Shown here: positions 39,915-49,406 of the stretch, one piece after another
Layout of the letters: every line of letters starts with the position of its first letter
How positions within the stretch are numbered: position 1 is the stretch's first letter
From: Clostridiales bacterium
GTDB lineage: Bacteria; Bacillota; Clostridia; Oscillospirales; CAG-272
Length of the DNA stretch: 64,000 nt
Assembly (NCBI GenBank): GCA_003150035.1
Contig: QALR01000013.1
Coordinates: 12,690 to 76,689 of the forward strand
Reading direction: 5' to 3'
Translations under genes and position numbers: made by a program
Notes under the pieces: model-generated
Seen by the model: the letters and a program-made list of their open reading frames with translations, nothing else
The model's database searches: none
What the model was told of the DNA's origin: nothing

Positions 39915-39948
39915 AACGATATGCGGCAAGGCTTTGCCGCATATCGTT
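39915..39948 (-). terminator. terminator of the oxidoreductase/small-ORF operon
   Basis: 15-bp perfect stem aacgatatgcggcaa / ttgccgcatatcgtt with T-runs on both sides. Confidence 0.65.
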
Positions 39949-40156
39949 ATTTTGAAATGTGTTTATCCTTGGGTAAAAGAGGAAGATATTCCTCCCACCG
40001 GTACTCGCGGATTGGCATAACAGGATGCTTTTCATCATCGAAGAGGAGAACTAAGGCGGGATGGATATCGTTATAATTTTCGGCAAAATAGTATCCTTGC
40101 AGTTTCCCATCGCGAATCAGCCGCCGTGCGACGGCGTGATAGCTGTAATATCCCAT
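39947..40156 (-). CDS. small conserved hypothetical protein
   Basis: 69-aa ORF starting at MGYYSY, 1 nt after the upstream stop, which suggests translational coupling. Confidence 0.45.
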   Translation of the reverse strand: MGYYSYHAVARRLIRDGKLQGYYFAENYNDIHPALVLLFDDEKHPVMPIREYRWEEYLPLLPKDKHISK

Positions 40157-40157
40157 G

Positions 40158-41615
40158 CTACCGTGTCTTTCCAACGCCTTTTTCCGCGGGACCATCTAGC
40201 AGCCTTCCGTCTATGTCGAACCGGGAGCCGTGACATGGACAGTCCCAGCTTTTTTCATCCGGATTCCACACGAGCTCGCAGCCGAGATGCGGACATTTCA
40301 CCGAGACAACATGCAGCTTGGTTTTTCCATCCGGCAGAATTTCCCGATAAACGCCGCGTTTATGCCCGCCGATTTGCACAATTCCGCCGTGTCCGGGCGG
40401 AATTGTGCGAGCGTCCCGGTTCGGTAGATAAAAAACCTGCTTTGCGAGGCTTCCGGCGGTCTGTATACCGTCCGAGAGGATGGCGGCAATTCCGACAAGC
40501 TTGCGGGATGGGGAAAAAACGGACGCATAACGGTTGGGCTTTCTTCGGATCAGATCGCAGAGGAGCTTTGCCGCGACCATGGCGCTAGTCATCCCCCATT
40601 TGCAAAACCCCGTCGCAACATAGGTATCCGGTGTATTCTTGGAAAAGCGTCCGATATATGGGATATGATCCGGCGTCATACAGTCCTGTGCGGACCATTG
40701 ACACAAAATCTGAGCGCCGGGAAAGAGCCGTTCCGCTGCCTGCTTGAGCGTTTGAAAGCTGCCGCCGTCTGGATTTTTTCCCGTTCGGTGTCCCGCACCG
40801 CCGAGCAATATGACGCCGTCTCCGGCCCCTCGAAGAGAAAAGCCATCCTTGTCCGCTCCGTAATACATGCCGTGAAGGTGAAACGCGCTCTCCAGTGCAA
40901 TAACGTAACTTCGTTCTCTGTGCATTCGCATAAAATAGAAGCCCGGCAAATTGATTTTGGGGAAATTTGTAGCGAAGATGAGCTTTTTAGCGTGGATGCT
41001 TCCCCCCGGTACTGTTACCGAACGACCTTTTATCGCAAGCACCGGGGAGTTTTCGTAAATTTCCAGTCCGGGGAGCAGCGCCGTGAGAAACTTGAGCGGA
41101 TGAAACTGCGCTTGCTTTTCAAAACGGACGGCGCCCGCCGCCGAAAAGGGAAGCTCGGTTTCTATGACAAAAGAGGCGGGCAGTCCAAGCGCAATCGCCG
41201 ATTCGGTTTCTCTTTTCAGCGCTTCCCTATCTGTAGAATACACATAGGCAGGGAGCGTTTCCATTTCGCATTCAATGTTTTTTTCGTTTGCGATTCTGCG
41301 GTATTCCGCAATCGCCGCTTCGCTCGCCTCCGCGTAGGCGCGCGCCGTTGTGAAGCCATGCGTTCGGATCATTTTTTCATAAATAAGTCCATGCTGTGAG
41401 GTGATTTTGGCGGTGGTACGTCCGGTTTGCCCGGAAAAAAGCGAAGCTGCCTCTAGCACGGTGCACCGTACTCCTTTTTCTGTCAGCATATAGGCCGTCA
41501 GAATTCCCGCGATGCCGCCGCCGATTATCAGAACATCTGTGTGACTATCCCCGGTAAATGAAGGATAGGAAGGGACGGATACCGTTTTCTCCCATAAGGA
41601 TTTTGTGCTTTCCAT
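40158..41615 (-). CDS. FAD-dependent oxidoreductase fused to a C-terminal Rieske [2Fe-2S] domain
   Basis: N-terminal GxGxxG (IIGGGIAGI). C-terminal CPHLGC ... CPCHGS Rieske motif. Confidence 0.8.
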   Translation of the reverse strand: MESTKSLWEKTVSVPSYPSFTGDSHTDVLIIGGGIAGILTAYMLTEKGVRCTVLEAASLFSGQTGRTTAKITSQHGLIYEKMIRTHGFTTARAYAEASEAAIAEYRRIANEKNIECEMETLPAYVYSTDREALKRETESAIALGLPASFVIETELPFSAAGAVRFEKQAQFHPLKFLTALLPGLEIYENSPVLAIKGRSVTVPGGSIHAKKLIFATNFPKINLPGFYFMRMHRERSYVIALESAFHLHGMYYGADKDGFSLRGAGDGVILLGGAGHRTGKNPDGGSFQTLKQAAERLFPGAQILCQWSAQDCMTPDHIPYIGRFSKNTPDTYVATGFCKWGMTSAMVAAKLLCDLIRRKPNRYASVFSPSRKLVGIAAILSDGIQTAGSLAKQVFYLPNRDARTIPPGHGGIVQIGGHKRGVYREILPDGKTKLHVVSVKCPHLGCELVWNPDEKSWDCPCHGSRFDIDGRLLDGPAEKGVGKTR

Positions 41616-41647
41616 GATACGCGCTCTCCTTTGGTTGTGTTTCGCGG

Positions 41648-41884
41648 TTACCTATCTGCGGATTTGCTGTCCGCGAGCTTTTGCACAAAATCTGCCATTT
41701 CCGCTTTGGAGTCGATGTTCTGCGCCCTGCGGATGACTTCCTCTTGCTGTATTTTACTCATAGTCGAAAATTTTTCCATTGCCGCTATATTTTGGGCAAA
41801 AGCCATGCCGAGTCCTAGTGGAATTTCGCTGTTTGTCAAATTTTTATCCATCATTTCCTCCCGCCCGTTTTTCATGTCGGGCAT
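41648..41884 (-). CDS. small hypothetical protein
   Basis: 78-aa ORF with a conserved-looking core GLGMAFAQNIAAMEKF. Confidence 0.4.
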   Translation of the reverse strand: MPDMKNGREEMMDKNLTNSEIPLGLGMAFAQNIAAMEKFSTMSKIQQEEVIRRAQNIDSKAEMADFVQKLADSKSADR

Positions 41885-41980
41885 TTTTATAGATTTCGAA
41901 AAAGATTCCGGAGCGCCGCGATGAGGCGCCGTTCCTCTTTATTTTTTGCAGAACTCGCTTTCTCATTCAGAAATCGAAAA

Positions 41981-42010
41981 AAGTCTCCGCTTTTGGCGGA
42001 GACTTTTTTT
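41981..42010 (-). terminator. terminator after the DUF3794/LysM gene
   Basis: aagtctccgc / gcggagactt stem flanked by A/T runs. Confidence 0.7.
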
Positions 42011-43697
42011 ATATAACCTTACTGTATCCCGGTGTGCCGGAACTGCGTTTTGGGATAACCAGAACGCCAGAGACTGTGTCGGCAGATATGCCGTTGACGG
42101 CCATAATTTCCGGAACCGTGGTGCGGTATTTTTTCGCGACGTCCCACAGCGTATCTTCCGCTGTCGGGTAGTAAAGAGTGAGTGAGGCGCCGGAGCTCCG
42201 GGAAATCGGCTGATCCTTGTATACATTGCTTTGCTTTATCATTTCCTGCTTGTGCTTTTCAAAAATTACATAGGGGATGAAGATTTCAAGGTCACTGTAA
42301 ATGTTGTTTTCATCGAGTCTGCTCACAGCGGACATTACGAAGGCGTCGGCGATGTAGCCGAACGATTCCGGTATGCGTCCGGCTTCCGTTTGTGCGCGGA
42401 AGGGAACAGAATAATTGCGGCTTTGATAGACGCCGGCTCCGTTTGTTAGAATGACCGAGACCTCTGCGTTTCCGCTAAAAATCAGCTTGCCGGACTGCTT
42501 TTCGACGCTCTCCACCGAGGCGGTAGCCGTTGTGGCGACAATTTCATCAAAATCGGTGTCGTCGCGCGACGTGCTGCCGTCTGCCGTAAAGTTAAAGGCT
42601 TTTGTATAGAGCACGGTGTCGTATTCTAACGCTTCTGTTTCCTCAGCGCTCTCAAAATCCGTCGAATACATATCGGTCGTGACCTCGTTCTCTTCATTGC
42701 AAAAGACTCTGGCGAATACGTTGTAATTGAAGTCAAGCTCGACGGTGCGGCTTTCCCCAAAATTATTTTCCTGCGGACGGAATTCAAGAGAGTCGGTACG
42801 GACGGATGCGAAAGGAACACAGCTCTCTGTTACTCCCTCGGCTTCGATTTCGCCGGAAATCGGGATTTTTCTCGAGAACGCCACATATTTCGGTGGTACC
42901 GTGTTTTCAGCGTCAGCGGACTGCTCTGTTTTTGCAAGATAAAGGATGCTAGTAACGATGTCCCCTTTATAGGTGAGTTTGTTTTCCCCTGCACGCATAT
43001 CGCTGATATAAGGGTCTAGCTCTACGGCGATGATATCCTCAATCGCCGGCATGGAAGCATCGATCTCAAGGTCTTCACTGATAGGCGTTGCGGTCTCTTC
43101 GGCGCTTGTTTCATAGACGCTCCAGATGGCGCGGTTGCGGTATTGTAGCGCCGCTTCCTCATCGGAGGTTAGTCTGCCTGAGACGGCCGGTACGGTGGAG
43201 GTGCGGCACATCACAGAAGCTTTGGCAACTATCTTCGCTTTCGCCGTTAATTTGCGTGGATTTTGAAGTCTGCAGGAAACATTGGCAATTCCCGGCTCAA
43301 ACAGGATATCGCAGTCGCCTGCTGCGCCGGATACCGCCATCTCTCCTGAAAAATCCGTGTCGAATTCCGCACTTCGGATGTTGCCGTCGCTTGTCGCATA
43401 GACGATATAAAATTTGATCTTTCCGTCGTATTCTAACGTATCCGCCGAGAGATATTTGCTGCTCTCGCCGATTTTTGCGCTTACCTTGAGGAGTCTGTTG
43501 ATGTCGGGAAGATAGTCCGGCAGATTGTACTCGGTCGAAACCTCCTTGGTGGTCGCGCCTTCAAAAGTTTTGGAGAGGACGCTGTGCCCCATATCGTTTT
43601 CGCTGTTTTGCATAAACATATCCATTCCTGCTTTCTCGGCGAAATATCGTAGCCGCCGGTCCTCGCCGCAGACAAAGGCGGATTTTATTTGATTCAA
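42009..43697 (-). CDS. DUF3794-repeat protein with a C-terminal LysM domain (SpoVID/SipL-like); start uncertain
   Basis: C-terminal LysM (YYPTAEDTLWDVAKKYRTTVPEIMAVNGI). Repeated beta-rich modules. Sits next to sigK. Confidence 0.6.
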   Translation of the reverse strand: MNQIKSAFVCGEDRRLRYFAEKAGMDMFMQNSENDMGHSVLSKTFEGATTKEVSTEYNLPDYLPDINRLLKVSAKIGESSKYLSADTLEYDGKIKFYIVYATSDGNIRSAEFDTDFSGEMAVSGAAGDCDILFEPGIANVSCRLQNPRKLTAKAKIVAKASVMCRTSTVPAVSGRLTSDEEAALQYRNRAIWSVYETSAEETATPISEDLEIDASMPAIEDIIAVELDPYISDMRAGENKLTYKGDIVTSILYLAKTEQSADAENTVPPKYVAFSRKIPISGEIEAEGVTESCVPFASVRTDSLEFRPQENNFGESRTVELDFNYNVFARVFCNEENEVTTDMYSTDFESAEETEALEYDTVLYTKAFNFTADGSTSRDDTDFDEIVATTATASVESVEKQSGKLIFSGNAEVSVILTNGAGVYQSRNYSVPFRAQTEAGRIPESFGYIADAFVMSAVSRLDENNIYSDLEIFIPYVIFEKHKQEMIKQSNVYKDQPISRSSGASLTLYYPTAEDTLWDVAKKYRTTVPEIMAVNGISADTVSGVLVIPKRSSGTPGYSKVI

Positions 43698-43853
43698 ATT
43701 TATTCACGGACCGATGATTTTATGACTGCAGCACGGAATTTCCGATGAAAATCATGCCTGCGGAGCTAGCTCCGCTTTGCCTTCCTGCGCTTTTGGCTTT
43801 GTTTTGTACGCATAAAAAGAAAAAGATTAAGAATGTGGAGAGAAAAACTGTTC

Positions 43854-44546
43854 TTAAAATGGGGAGTGAGACAGATGCTTGCTGATTTTTTCCAGAGCCG
43901 CTTTTTCAATACGCGATACGTAGGAGCGGGAGATGCCAAGCTTTGCCGCCGTTTCTCTTTGCGTGATAGCCGGTTTTCCGTTCAGCCCATATCGCATGGT
44001 GATGATCTGACGTTCCCGCGGCTCCAGAAGATTGTTGACGATCTCAAGCGCCCTCCGGCTCTTAAATTTCAGGTCGAGGTCATCGGCAATGGTGTCGTCC
44101 ACGCTGATGATATCGATATAGGTGAGAGGATTCCCGTCTTTGTCCGTATCAATGGTCTCGTTGATGGATACCTCACAGGAGCTTTTCTTTTGGGTGCGAA
44201 AATACATCAGAATTTCATTTTGAAGGCATTTGCTAGCATAGGTGGCAAATCTTGCGCCATTGGAAACATCAAAGGAATCGATTGCTTTAATAAGACCGAT
44301 GGTTCCGACTGAGATAAGATCATCCTGATTTTTGCTTGTGGTATAGTATTTTTTTACGATATGGGCGACCAAGCGCAGGTTATGCTCGATGAGCTTTTCA
44401 CGCGCTTTCATGTCGCCCTCACGCATCCTGCGGAAGCATTCTGCCTCTTGCGCGGGAGGCAGAGGCGGCGGAAAGCTCTGTGAATAGGAAACCTTGAGGA
44501 ACAGGTATAGAATATTGGACATAAGCCATGACAAAAAATAGGACAT
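43854..44546 (-). CDS. sigK: sporulation sigma factor SigK (pro-sigma-K), uninterrupted
   Basis: Hydrophobic pro-sequence, then SFPPPL, IEHNLRLVAHIVKKY, and regions 2-4. The start was set at 44546, which has GGAGGG upstream. Confidence 0.8.
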   Translation of the reverse strand: MSYFLSWLMSNILYLFLKVSYSQSFPPPLPPAQEAECFRRMREGDMKAREKLIEHNLRLVAHIVKKYYTTSKNQDDLISVGTIGLIKAIDSFDVSNGARFATYASKCLQNEILMYFRTQKKSSCEVSINETIDTDKDGNPLTYIDIISVDDTIADDLDLKFKSRRALEIVNNLLEPRERQIITMRYGLNGKPAITQRETAAKLGISRSYVSRIEKAALEKISKHLSHSPF

Positions 44547-44720
44547 GACGACCCTCCGAAATCCGCTGCAGAAGGCGTCCGCTGCGGAAATTCCGGCGGA
44601 CGTTGCGAGCGGGACTCTTTTATCATATATATTCACAAAAATCAAAACCTTGCGTATTTTCTATTGCGTACCCCAATATTTTTGTGTATAATAAAGCTAT
44701 GACAAAGGAGGTGCTCTCAG

Positions 44721-45068
44721 ATGATGTCGGATATAATAGGGACAGTCATTCCCCTTCTTGTTTTGCTTGTATTTTTGATTGTCATCGGCATCGCTGTGTT
44801 TTCCGTTTTCAGAACCATTTCACAGGGAAAAAAGAATGCCGCCTGTCCGCGGGTTACCGCCCCCGCCACATTGGTTGCCAAGCGGCATTTGGTTCGCGGG
44901 AGCGGCAGCACAGCGAGCCGCACATGGTATTACATGACATTTGAATTTGAAAGCGGCGACCGTGCGGAGTTTTCTGTGCCGTCAGACGTATTTGGGCTTT
45001 CTGTCGAAGGAGATCATGGGAAGCTGATGTTTCAGGGAACTTGGTTTATCAGCTTTGAGAGGGAATGA
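44721..45068 (+). CDS. DUF2500-domain membrane protein
   Basis: N-terminal TM helix followed by a beta-rich domain. AAAGGAGG lies upstream. Confidence 0.6.
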   Translation: MMSDIIGTVIPLLVLLVFLIVIGIAVFSVFRTISQGKKNAACPRVTAPATLVAKRHLVRGSGSTASRTWYYMTFEFESGDRAEFSVPSDVFGLSVEGDHGKLMFQGTWFISFERE

Positions 45069-46060
45069 AAAAGGTTTTTCAGGCGAGGCATGCAATGAAA
45101 GATTGGAACGAACCTATCTATAAATATGCGGTTGTGGACATCGGTGCGAACAGCGTGCGAATGAACCTCTACGACATCGATACGCGGACCGGCGCGTTCA
45201 CGGTTTTTGCGTCTGCGCGCAGTATGCTAGGCCTTGCCGCTTATGTGAAGGATGAAATGTTGACGGCAGACGGGGCGGGAAAGCTGTTTTCTGTGCTGCG
45301 GGAATTTCTTGCGAGGGCAAACAGCGTCCCATGCGACGGTTTTTTTGCGTTTGCCACTGCGTCTCTGCGTGGGCTTGCCAACAGCGAAGAGGTCCTCCGC
45401 AATATCAAAGACAAGCTTGGCATTGAAATTGAGATTATCAGCGGGAGAACAGAAACCTTTTATGATTTTACGGCAATCCGGAACCGTTTTCCGTCGGTTT
45501 CCTGCGGAACCTTCATCGATATGGGAGGAGGAAGCACGGAGATTGCCGTTTTCGACGCAGACGGGATCCGGGTGCAGGAAAGCTTGCCTGTCGGGTGTGT
45601 CCGCTTGATGAAGAACTTCACGAATGCGACGAAACGAGATCCGTTTCCGGATGAAAAGGAAGTCGAGCGCATCCGGCAATATGTAAGGCAGACCATTTCG
45701 GCCTATCCAAATTTTCGGAACGTGGGCGGTACGGCATTTTTTATCGGGGGTACGGCACGTGCGTCCATGCGACTGCACGACGCGGATGCGAGCTCTGTTT
45801 CGGACGGCAGCACACTTTCCGTATCGGAACTGAAAAAAACAGCGGACGCCGCGATTTGCGACGCCCGCGCAGGAGGAAACCATATCCGGAGTGTGGTGCC
45901 GGATAGGGCAGCCACCATCATTCCCGGCCTTTTTGCCTATTTGGAGATTGCCGCGTATATGGGACTCTCTGGCTTTATCTTGAGCACGGCCGGGGTAAGG
46001 GAAGGCTATTTGATTGAGTTCATCAGGAAAATGCTTCCCCGAAGATTTCAAGAAACTTAA
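45065..46060 (+). CDS. Ppx/GppA-family phosphatase
   Basis: ASKHA-fold motifs VDIGANSVR and DMGGGSTE. Confidence 0.75.
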   Translation: MKKVFQARHAMKDWNEPIYKYAVVDIGANSVRMNLYDIDTRTGAFTVFASARSMLGLAAYVKDEMLTADGAGKLFSVLREFLARANSVPCDGFFAFATASLRGLANSEEVLRNIKDKLGIEIEIISGRTETFYDFTAIRNRFPSVSCGTFIDMGGGSTEIAVFDADGIRVQESLPVGCVRLMKNFTNATKRDPFPDEKEVERIRQYVRQTISAYPNFRNVGGTAFFIGGTARASMRLHDADASSVSDGSTLSVSELKKTADAAICDARAGGNHIRSVVPDRAATIIPGLFAYLEIAAYMGLSGFILSTAGVREGYLIEFIRKMLPRRFQET

Positions 46061-46616
46061 ATTTGATTTTGTATTTCGGGCTTTCGCCGTCGGTAAGGAT
46101 TTCAATCTGCTCCGGGGAAAAGCCCGTTTTGATTAGGGATTCCTCGGTCTTTGCCACATTCGTGCAAAGCGCCGGATACAAAACGCACCACCAGTTTTTT
46201 CCTTCGGCGGCACCAATCTGGATGCGAAGGGACTGGTAAACGCCGGCAGGCAGACTCATGGTTTCGTAATGACGGGTCGGATAATTTTCTTCCGATAAGA
46301 TGACAGCGACGGGAAGATCCTCTCCGAGGCTTTCAAGCGTGTCGTCACATACCTCTCGGATATGGTCAAGATTATCGGTAATAACCGCTACCGCGTCCGT
46401 CGGATTTTCGGCGTTTGCCAGGAGCATTTGCATTTCTTCTAGCACGGCATCGCGAACGGCAAGCTTGACGCTTTGATCGTGTTCACTGTCGGAATTCGCA
46501 AGCACGTGAAGACGGACGGTGTTTTCATAGATCATGCGATCGTCGTCTGTGGGCATAAACCCACAGAATAGACAGCAAGCAAGGACAAGACAAGCAAAGG
46601 TAACGAGATATTTCAT
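46023..46616 (-). CDS. spoIIR: stage II sporulation protein R
   Basis: Signal/TM segment plus RLHVLANSDSEHDQ..K..VRD. The start was set at MKYLV (46616), which has AGGAGG upstream. Confidence 0.8.
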   Translation of the reverse strand: MKYLVTFACLVLACCLFCGFMPTDDDRMIYENTVRLHVLANSDSEHDQSVKLAVRDAVLEEMQMLLANAENPTDAVAVITDNLDHIREVCDDTLESLGEDLPVAVILSEENYPTRHYETMSLPAGVYQSLRIQIGAAEGKNWWCVLYPALCTNVAKTEESLIKTGFSPEQIEILTDGESPKYKIKFKFLEIFGEAFS

Positions 46617-47024
46617 TTTAACCTCCTGTAAGGACAAATCCGTATAGATAGACGGAAGAGCCTTATGTATTTTTTTGTTTGGTATCCTTATTATTCCACC
46701 GTTTTATCGGTTTATTCATTAGATCAGGAAAAAATTTCCTCTTCTAAATGGAGCAGAAAAGATAAAGCAACTCCGGTATCCGCGGGGGACACCGGAGAAT
46801 GCTTTCCAGTTTCATGAAAATCAGTTTTTTATAAATCTATTAAAAACAGCTTATAAAAATCCGATTAAAATCAGAGCGCAGTTTGATGAGATCGCTCAAT
46901 CAAGCTGCGACGACTGCAACCTGAGCGGGGAGCGAATGCTCCCTAGTCTTTCGGCGGGGTTTATTCCACCGAAAGACTAAAACGGAGCGCGCCGCCTTTG
47001 TGGCGGGGAACGTCTGCTCTATGG

Positions 47025-47225
47025 TTATTTCGTCTTGATCGAGTTCTCATAGGACTCGATCATCTTTTTAACCATCTGACCGCCTACGGAACCAGCCTGC
47101 TTAGAGGTGAGATCGCCGTTATAACCCTGTTTCAGGTTGACGCCAACTTCGCTCGCAGCTTCCATCTTAAATTTGTCGAGAGCTTCTTTTGCTTCAGGAA
47201 CAAGCTTTTTGTTGCTACTTGCCAT
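47025..47225 (-). CDS. alpha/beta-type small acid-soluble spore protein
   Basis: Two conserved SASP blocks: KFKMEAASEVGVNL, and the germination-protease-site-like region GDLTSKQAGSVGGQMVKKMIE. Confidence 0.85.
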   Translation of the reverse strand: MASSNKKLVPEAKEALDKFKMEAASEVGVNLKQGYNGDLTSKQAGSVGGQMVKKMIESYENSIKTK

Positions 47226-47596
47226 TTTAAATCTCCTCAAAATTTATATTCATCAAAATGAATTGTAAAAACAGCGTGCTATGGTTCGACCGACCTTTAG
47301 AATCCGCCATGCGAATTTTGCAAAATCTGTGTACCGTTCACACATCTGTTGTTATAAAACGCGGAAAATTTTTTCTCCGCAGAACACGTACGTTTGGTTT
47401 GCCGCCGCGTTCTGGTATTATTATAAACTTTGCATTCTGTTTTATAAGTGGCAATTTTTTCAGTTTATATGCTTTGTTAAATAGACCTTGGTTGCTCAGT
47501 GTGGTTTTTCCTGACGCTTGAAAACGTTCATGCTTGTGCGATTGACAAACCATATAAAGAAAGAGGCGCTCAAAATACATAAAAATAAAATAAAAC

Positions 47597-47640
47597 GGAG
47601 AGATAACACAAGAGGCGTTATCTCTCCATTCTTCTTTTTT
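47597..47640. terminator. strong hairpin with T-rich flanks on both strands
   Basis: 11-bp stem ggagagataac / gttatctctcc, then ttcttctttttt on the + strand. Confidence 0.55.
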
Positions 47641-47653
47641 AAGTGAGAACATG

Positions 47654-47684
47654 CAAAAATCCTTTCCCTTTTTCGGGAAAGGAT
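47654..47684 (-). terminator. rho-independent terminator of rpmB
   Basis: atcctttccc / gggaaaggat stem followed by T5 on the minus strand, 22 nt after the rpmB stop. Confidence 0.75.
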
Positions 47685-47705
47685 CAAGCTTTTTCAAAAT
47701 CCCAA

Positions 47706-47891
47706 TCAGACTCTTTCCACCTTGCCTGCACGCAGACAACGAGAGCACACCGCAACGGTTTTATGAGTTCCGTTTACCACGGCGCTGACCTTTCTGATGT
47801 TGGGTTTCCATGTTCTGCTCGTTTTGCGGTTGGAATGGGAGACGTTGTTGCCGAACGTGACACCCTTTCCGCAGTACATACATTTTGCCAT
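47706..47891 (-). CDS. rpmB: 50S ribosomal protein L28
   Basis: MAKCMYCGKG...NNVSHSNRKTSRTWKPN is the canonical L28 sequence. Confidence 0.92.
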   Translation of the reverse strand: MAKCMYCGKGVTFGNNVSHSNRKTSRTWKPNIRKVSAVVNGTHKTVAVCSRCLRAGKVERV

Positions 47892-48047
47892 CTTCCTGCA
47901 CCTCCCTTGGATGTTTGGATTATCTCAAACAAACGGATATACCTCCGTCTATGAGTTATCATAACATAGTAAACCTTATTATATCATAGCTTTTCCAAAA
48001 AATCAAGCTTTTTTTCTTTTCTGCTTGTTATTTTCCGAAGTGGGTTT

Positions 48048-48710
48048 CTATTGTTGATGAATTTCCGGTAAATACGCCTCAAGGCGGTGGATTTTGAACC
48101 CCTTGGATGAAAAGTTCCTTTCATATTCGGTCATAATATTATTATCTGCCCACTCGCTTGCATGAAGGTCGCGGGTGAGATTTCGAAGGTTGAACCCTAC
48201 CGCCTCAAATTCTGCTACAGAAAAATCGAATAAATCCAAATTATCTGTTTTGAATTCTATTGTGCCGTCCGGGATAAGAAGCCCGGCAAGGCGAAGCAGA
48301 GAATCCCGATGGGTGAGACGCCTTTTTGCATGGCGAGCCTTCGGCCACGGGTCACAGAAGTTAAGATAAATCCGTGCCGCACAATGAGGGGGAAGCAGCT
48401 GAGGCAGATATTCCGCGTCACAGCAGAGAAATTTTATGTTGTGAAGCTCTATGTGCTTGGCTTTTTCTGCAGCGAGGAGGATAACATCATTTATCCGCTC
48501 CACGGCGAGAAACCCTATTTCCGGATGCTTTTGAGCGAGTTCCGTGATAAACGCGCCTTTCCCACAGCCAATTTCTAGTCGAATCTCAGACACGTCGGGA
48601 AAAATCTCTGCAGGAAAGACCGGCGTTGGTTGTCCTTTGTCAAATGGCAGAAACAATTCGCGGCATGCCTCGCGACGACGCTCTCCGTTTTTTCGTTTTC
48701 GTACCCGCAT
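48048..48710 (-). CDS. trmB: tRNA (guanine-N7)-methyltransferase
   Basis: SAM-binding motif LEIGCGKG and DPWPK. The start was set at MRVRKRK, which has GAGG upstream. Confidence 0.85.
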   Translation of the reverse strand: MRVRKRKNGERRREACRELFLPFDKGQPTPVFPAEIFPDVSEIRLEIGCGKGAFITELAQKHPEIGFLAVERINDVILLAAEKAKHIELHNIKFLCCDAEYLPQLLPPHCAARIYLNFCDPWPKARHAKRRLTHRDSLLRLAGLLIPDGTIEFKTDNLDLFDFSVAEFEAVGFNLRNLTRDLHASEWADNNIMTEYERNFSSKGFKIHRLEAYLPEIHQQ

Positions 48711-49110
48711 GACCGGACCTCGCTGCATGGATTCGGGATCTCTTATCTGGTAGAAGAGAGCGGCACGGACATAGCACGACTGTTATCCGCCCGGATTTGC
48801 CGAATGTATTTTATCATAAATATTGTGTTTTTTCAACAGGCAGTGAAGATTTTTGAATATAAAAAATGGGTGTTGGCAGGAGATTTTATGGATGTTAGGC
48901 CTCTTCGGACAGAATCGAAGCGCGTCACTCAAAAACTGTTTAACGAAAAGCTACGGATTTAATAAAGAAAAAACGGCGTTTTTTATGAATAAAATCAAAA
49001 GATTCGGAGAGAATACGTATTGTCGAAAGATAACAACATTGACAGATAATCATACAAATAAAAAATGTGCCGCGCAGCGGACATTTTAAATGAGAATCGG
49101 AGGTTATATT

Positions 49111-49329
49111 ATGCTCGACAGAATTGCGCTTATCCTCACCATCATAGGCGCGCTCAACTGGGGAAGCATCGGTCTTTTCCGTTTCGATATCGTCGCATGG
49201 ATCTTCGGCGGGCAGGATGCTCTTGTCAGCCGGATCGTATACACGGTTGTAGCTCTTGCGGGAATCTGGTGTATTTCTCTTCTTTTCCGTGAACGAGATA
49301 CGGAAGAAATTACAGGCGACGTCAGATAA
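49111..49329 (+). CDS. DUF378-domain membrane protein
   Basis: GALNWG...FD motif and two TM helices. Confidence 0.7.
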   Translation: MLDRIALILTIIGALNWGSIGLFRFDIVAWIFGGQDALVSRIVYTVVALAGIWCISLLFRERDTEEITGDVR

Positions 49330-49406
49330 GGCGCTATATTTACAAAAATCCGGCAGTCCCTTCATAAAAAGAGACCGCCGGGTTTTTTTGCTCACAAATG
49401 GGTATA

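Noticed and set aside
43854-44645. sigK interrupted by a skin-like element
   Set aside because: The ORF encodes a complete pro-sigma-K (pro-sequence and regions 2-4) without interruption.
47241-47705. Small ORFs (87 and 67 aa on the plus strand, 136 and 63 aa on the minus strand) in the AT-rich spacer between SASP and rpmB
   Set aside because: No ribosome-binding sites, and Phe/Ile/Lys-rich translations typical of AT-rich non-coding DNA. The region contains two hairpin terminators instead. A small RNA cannot be excluded, but the sequence alone does not support one.
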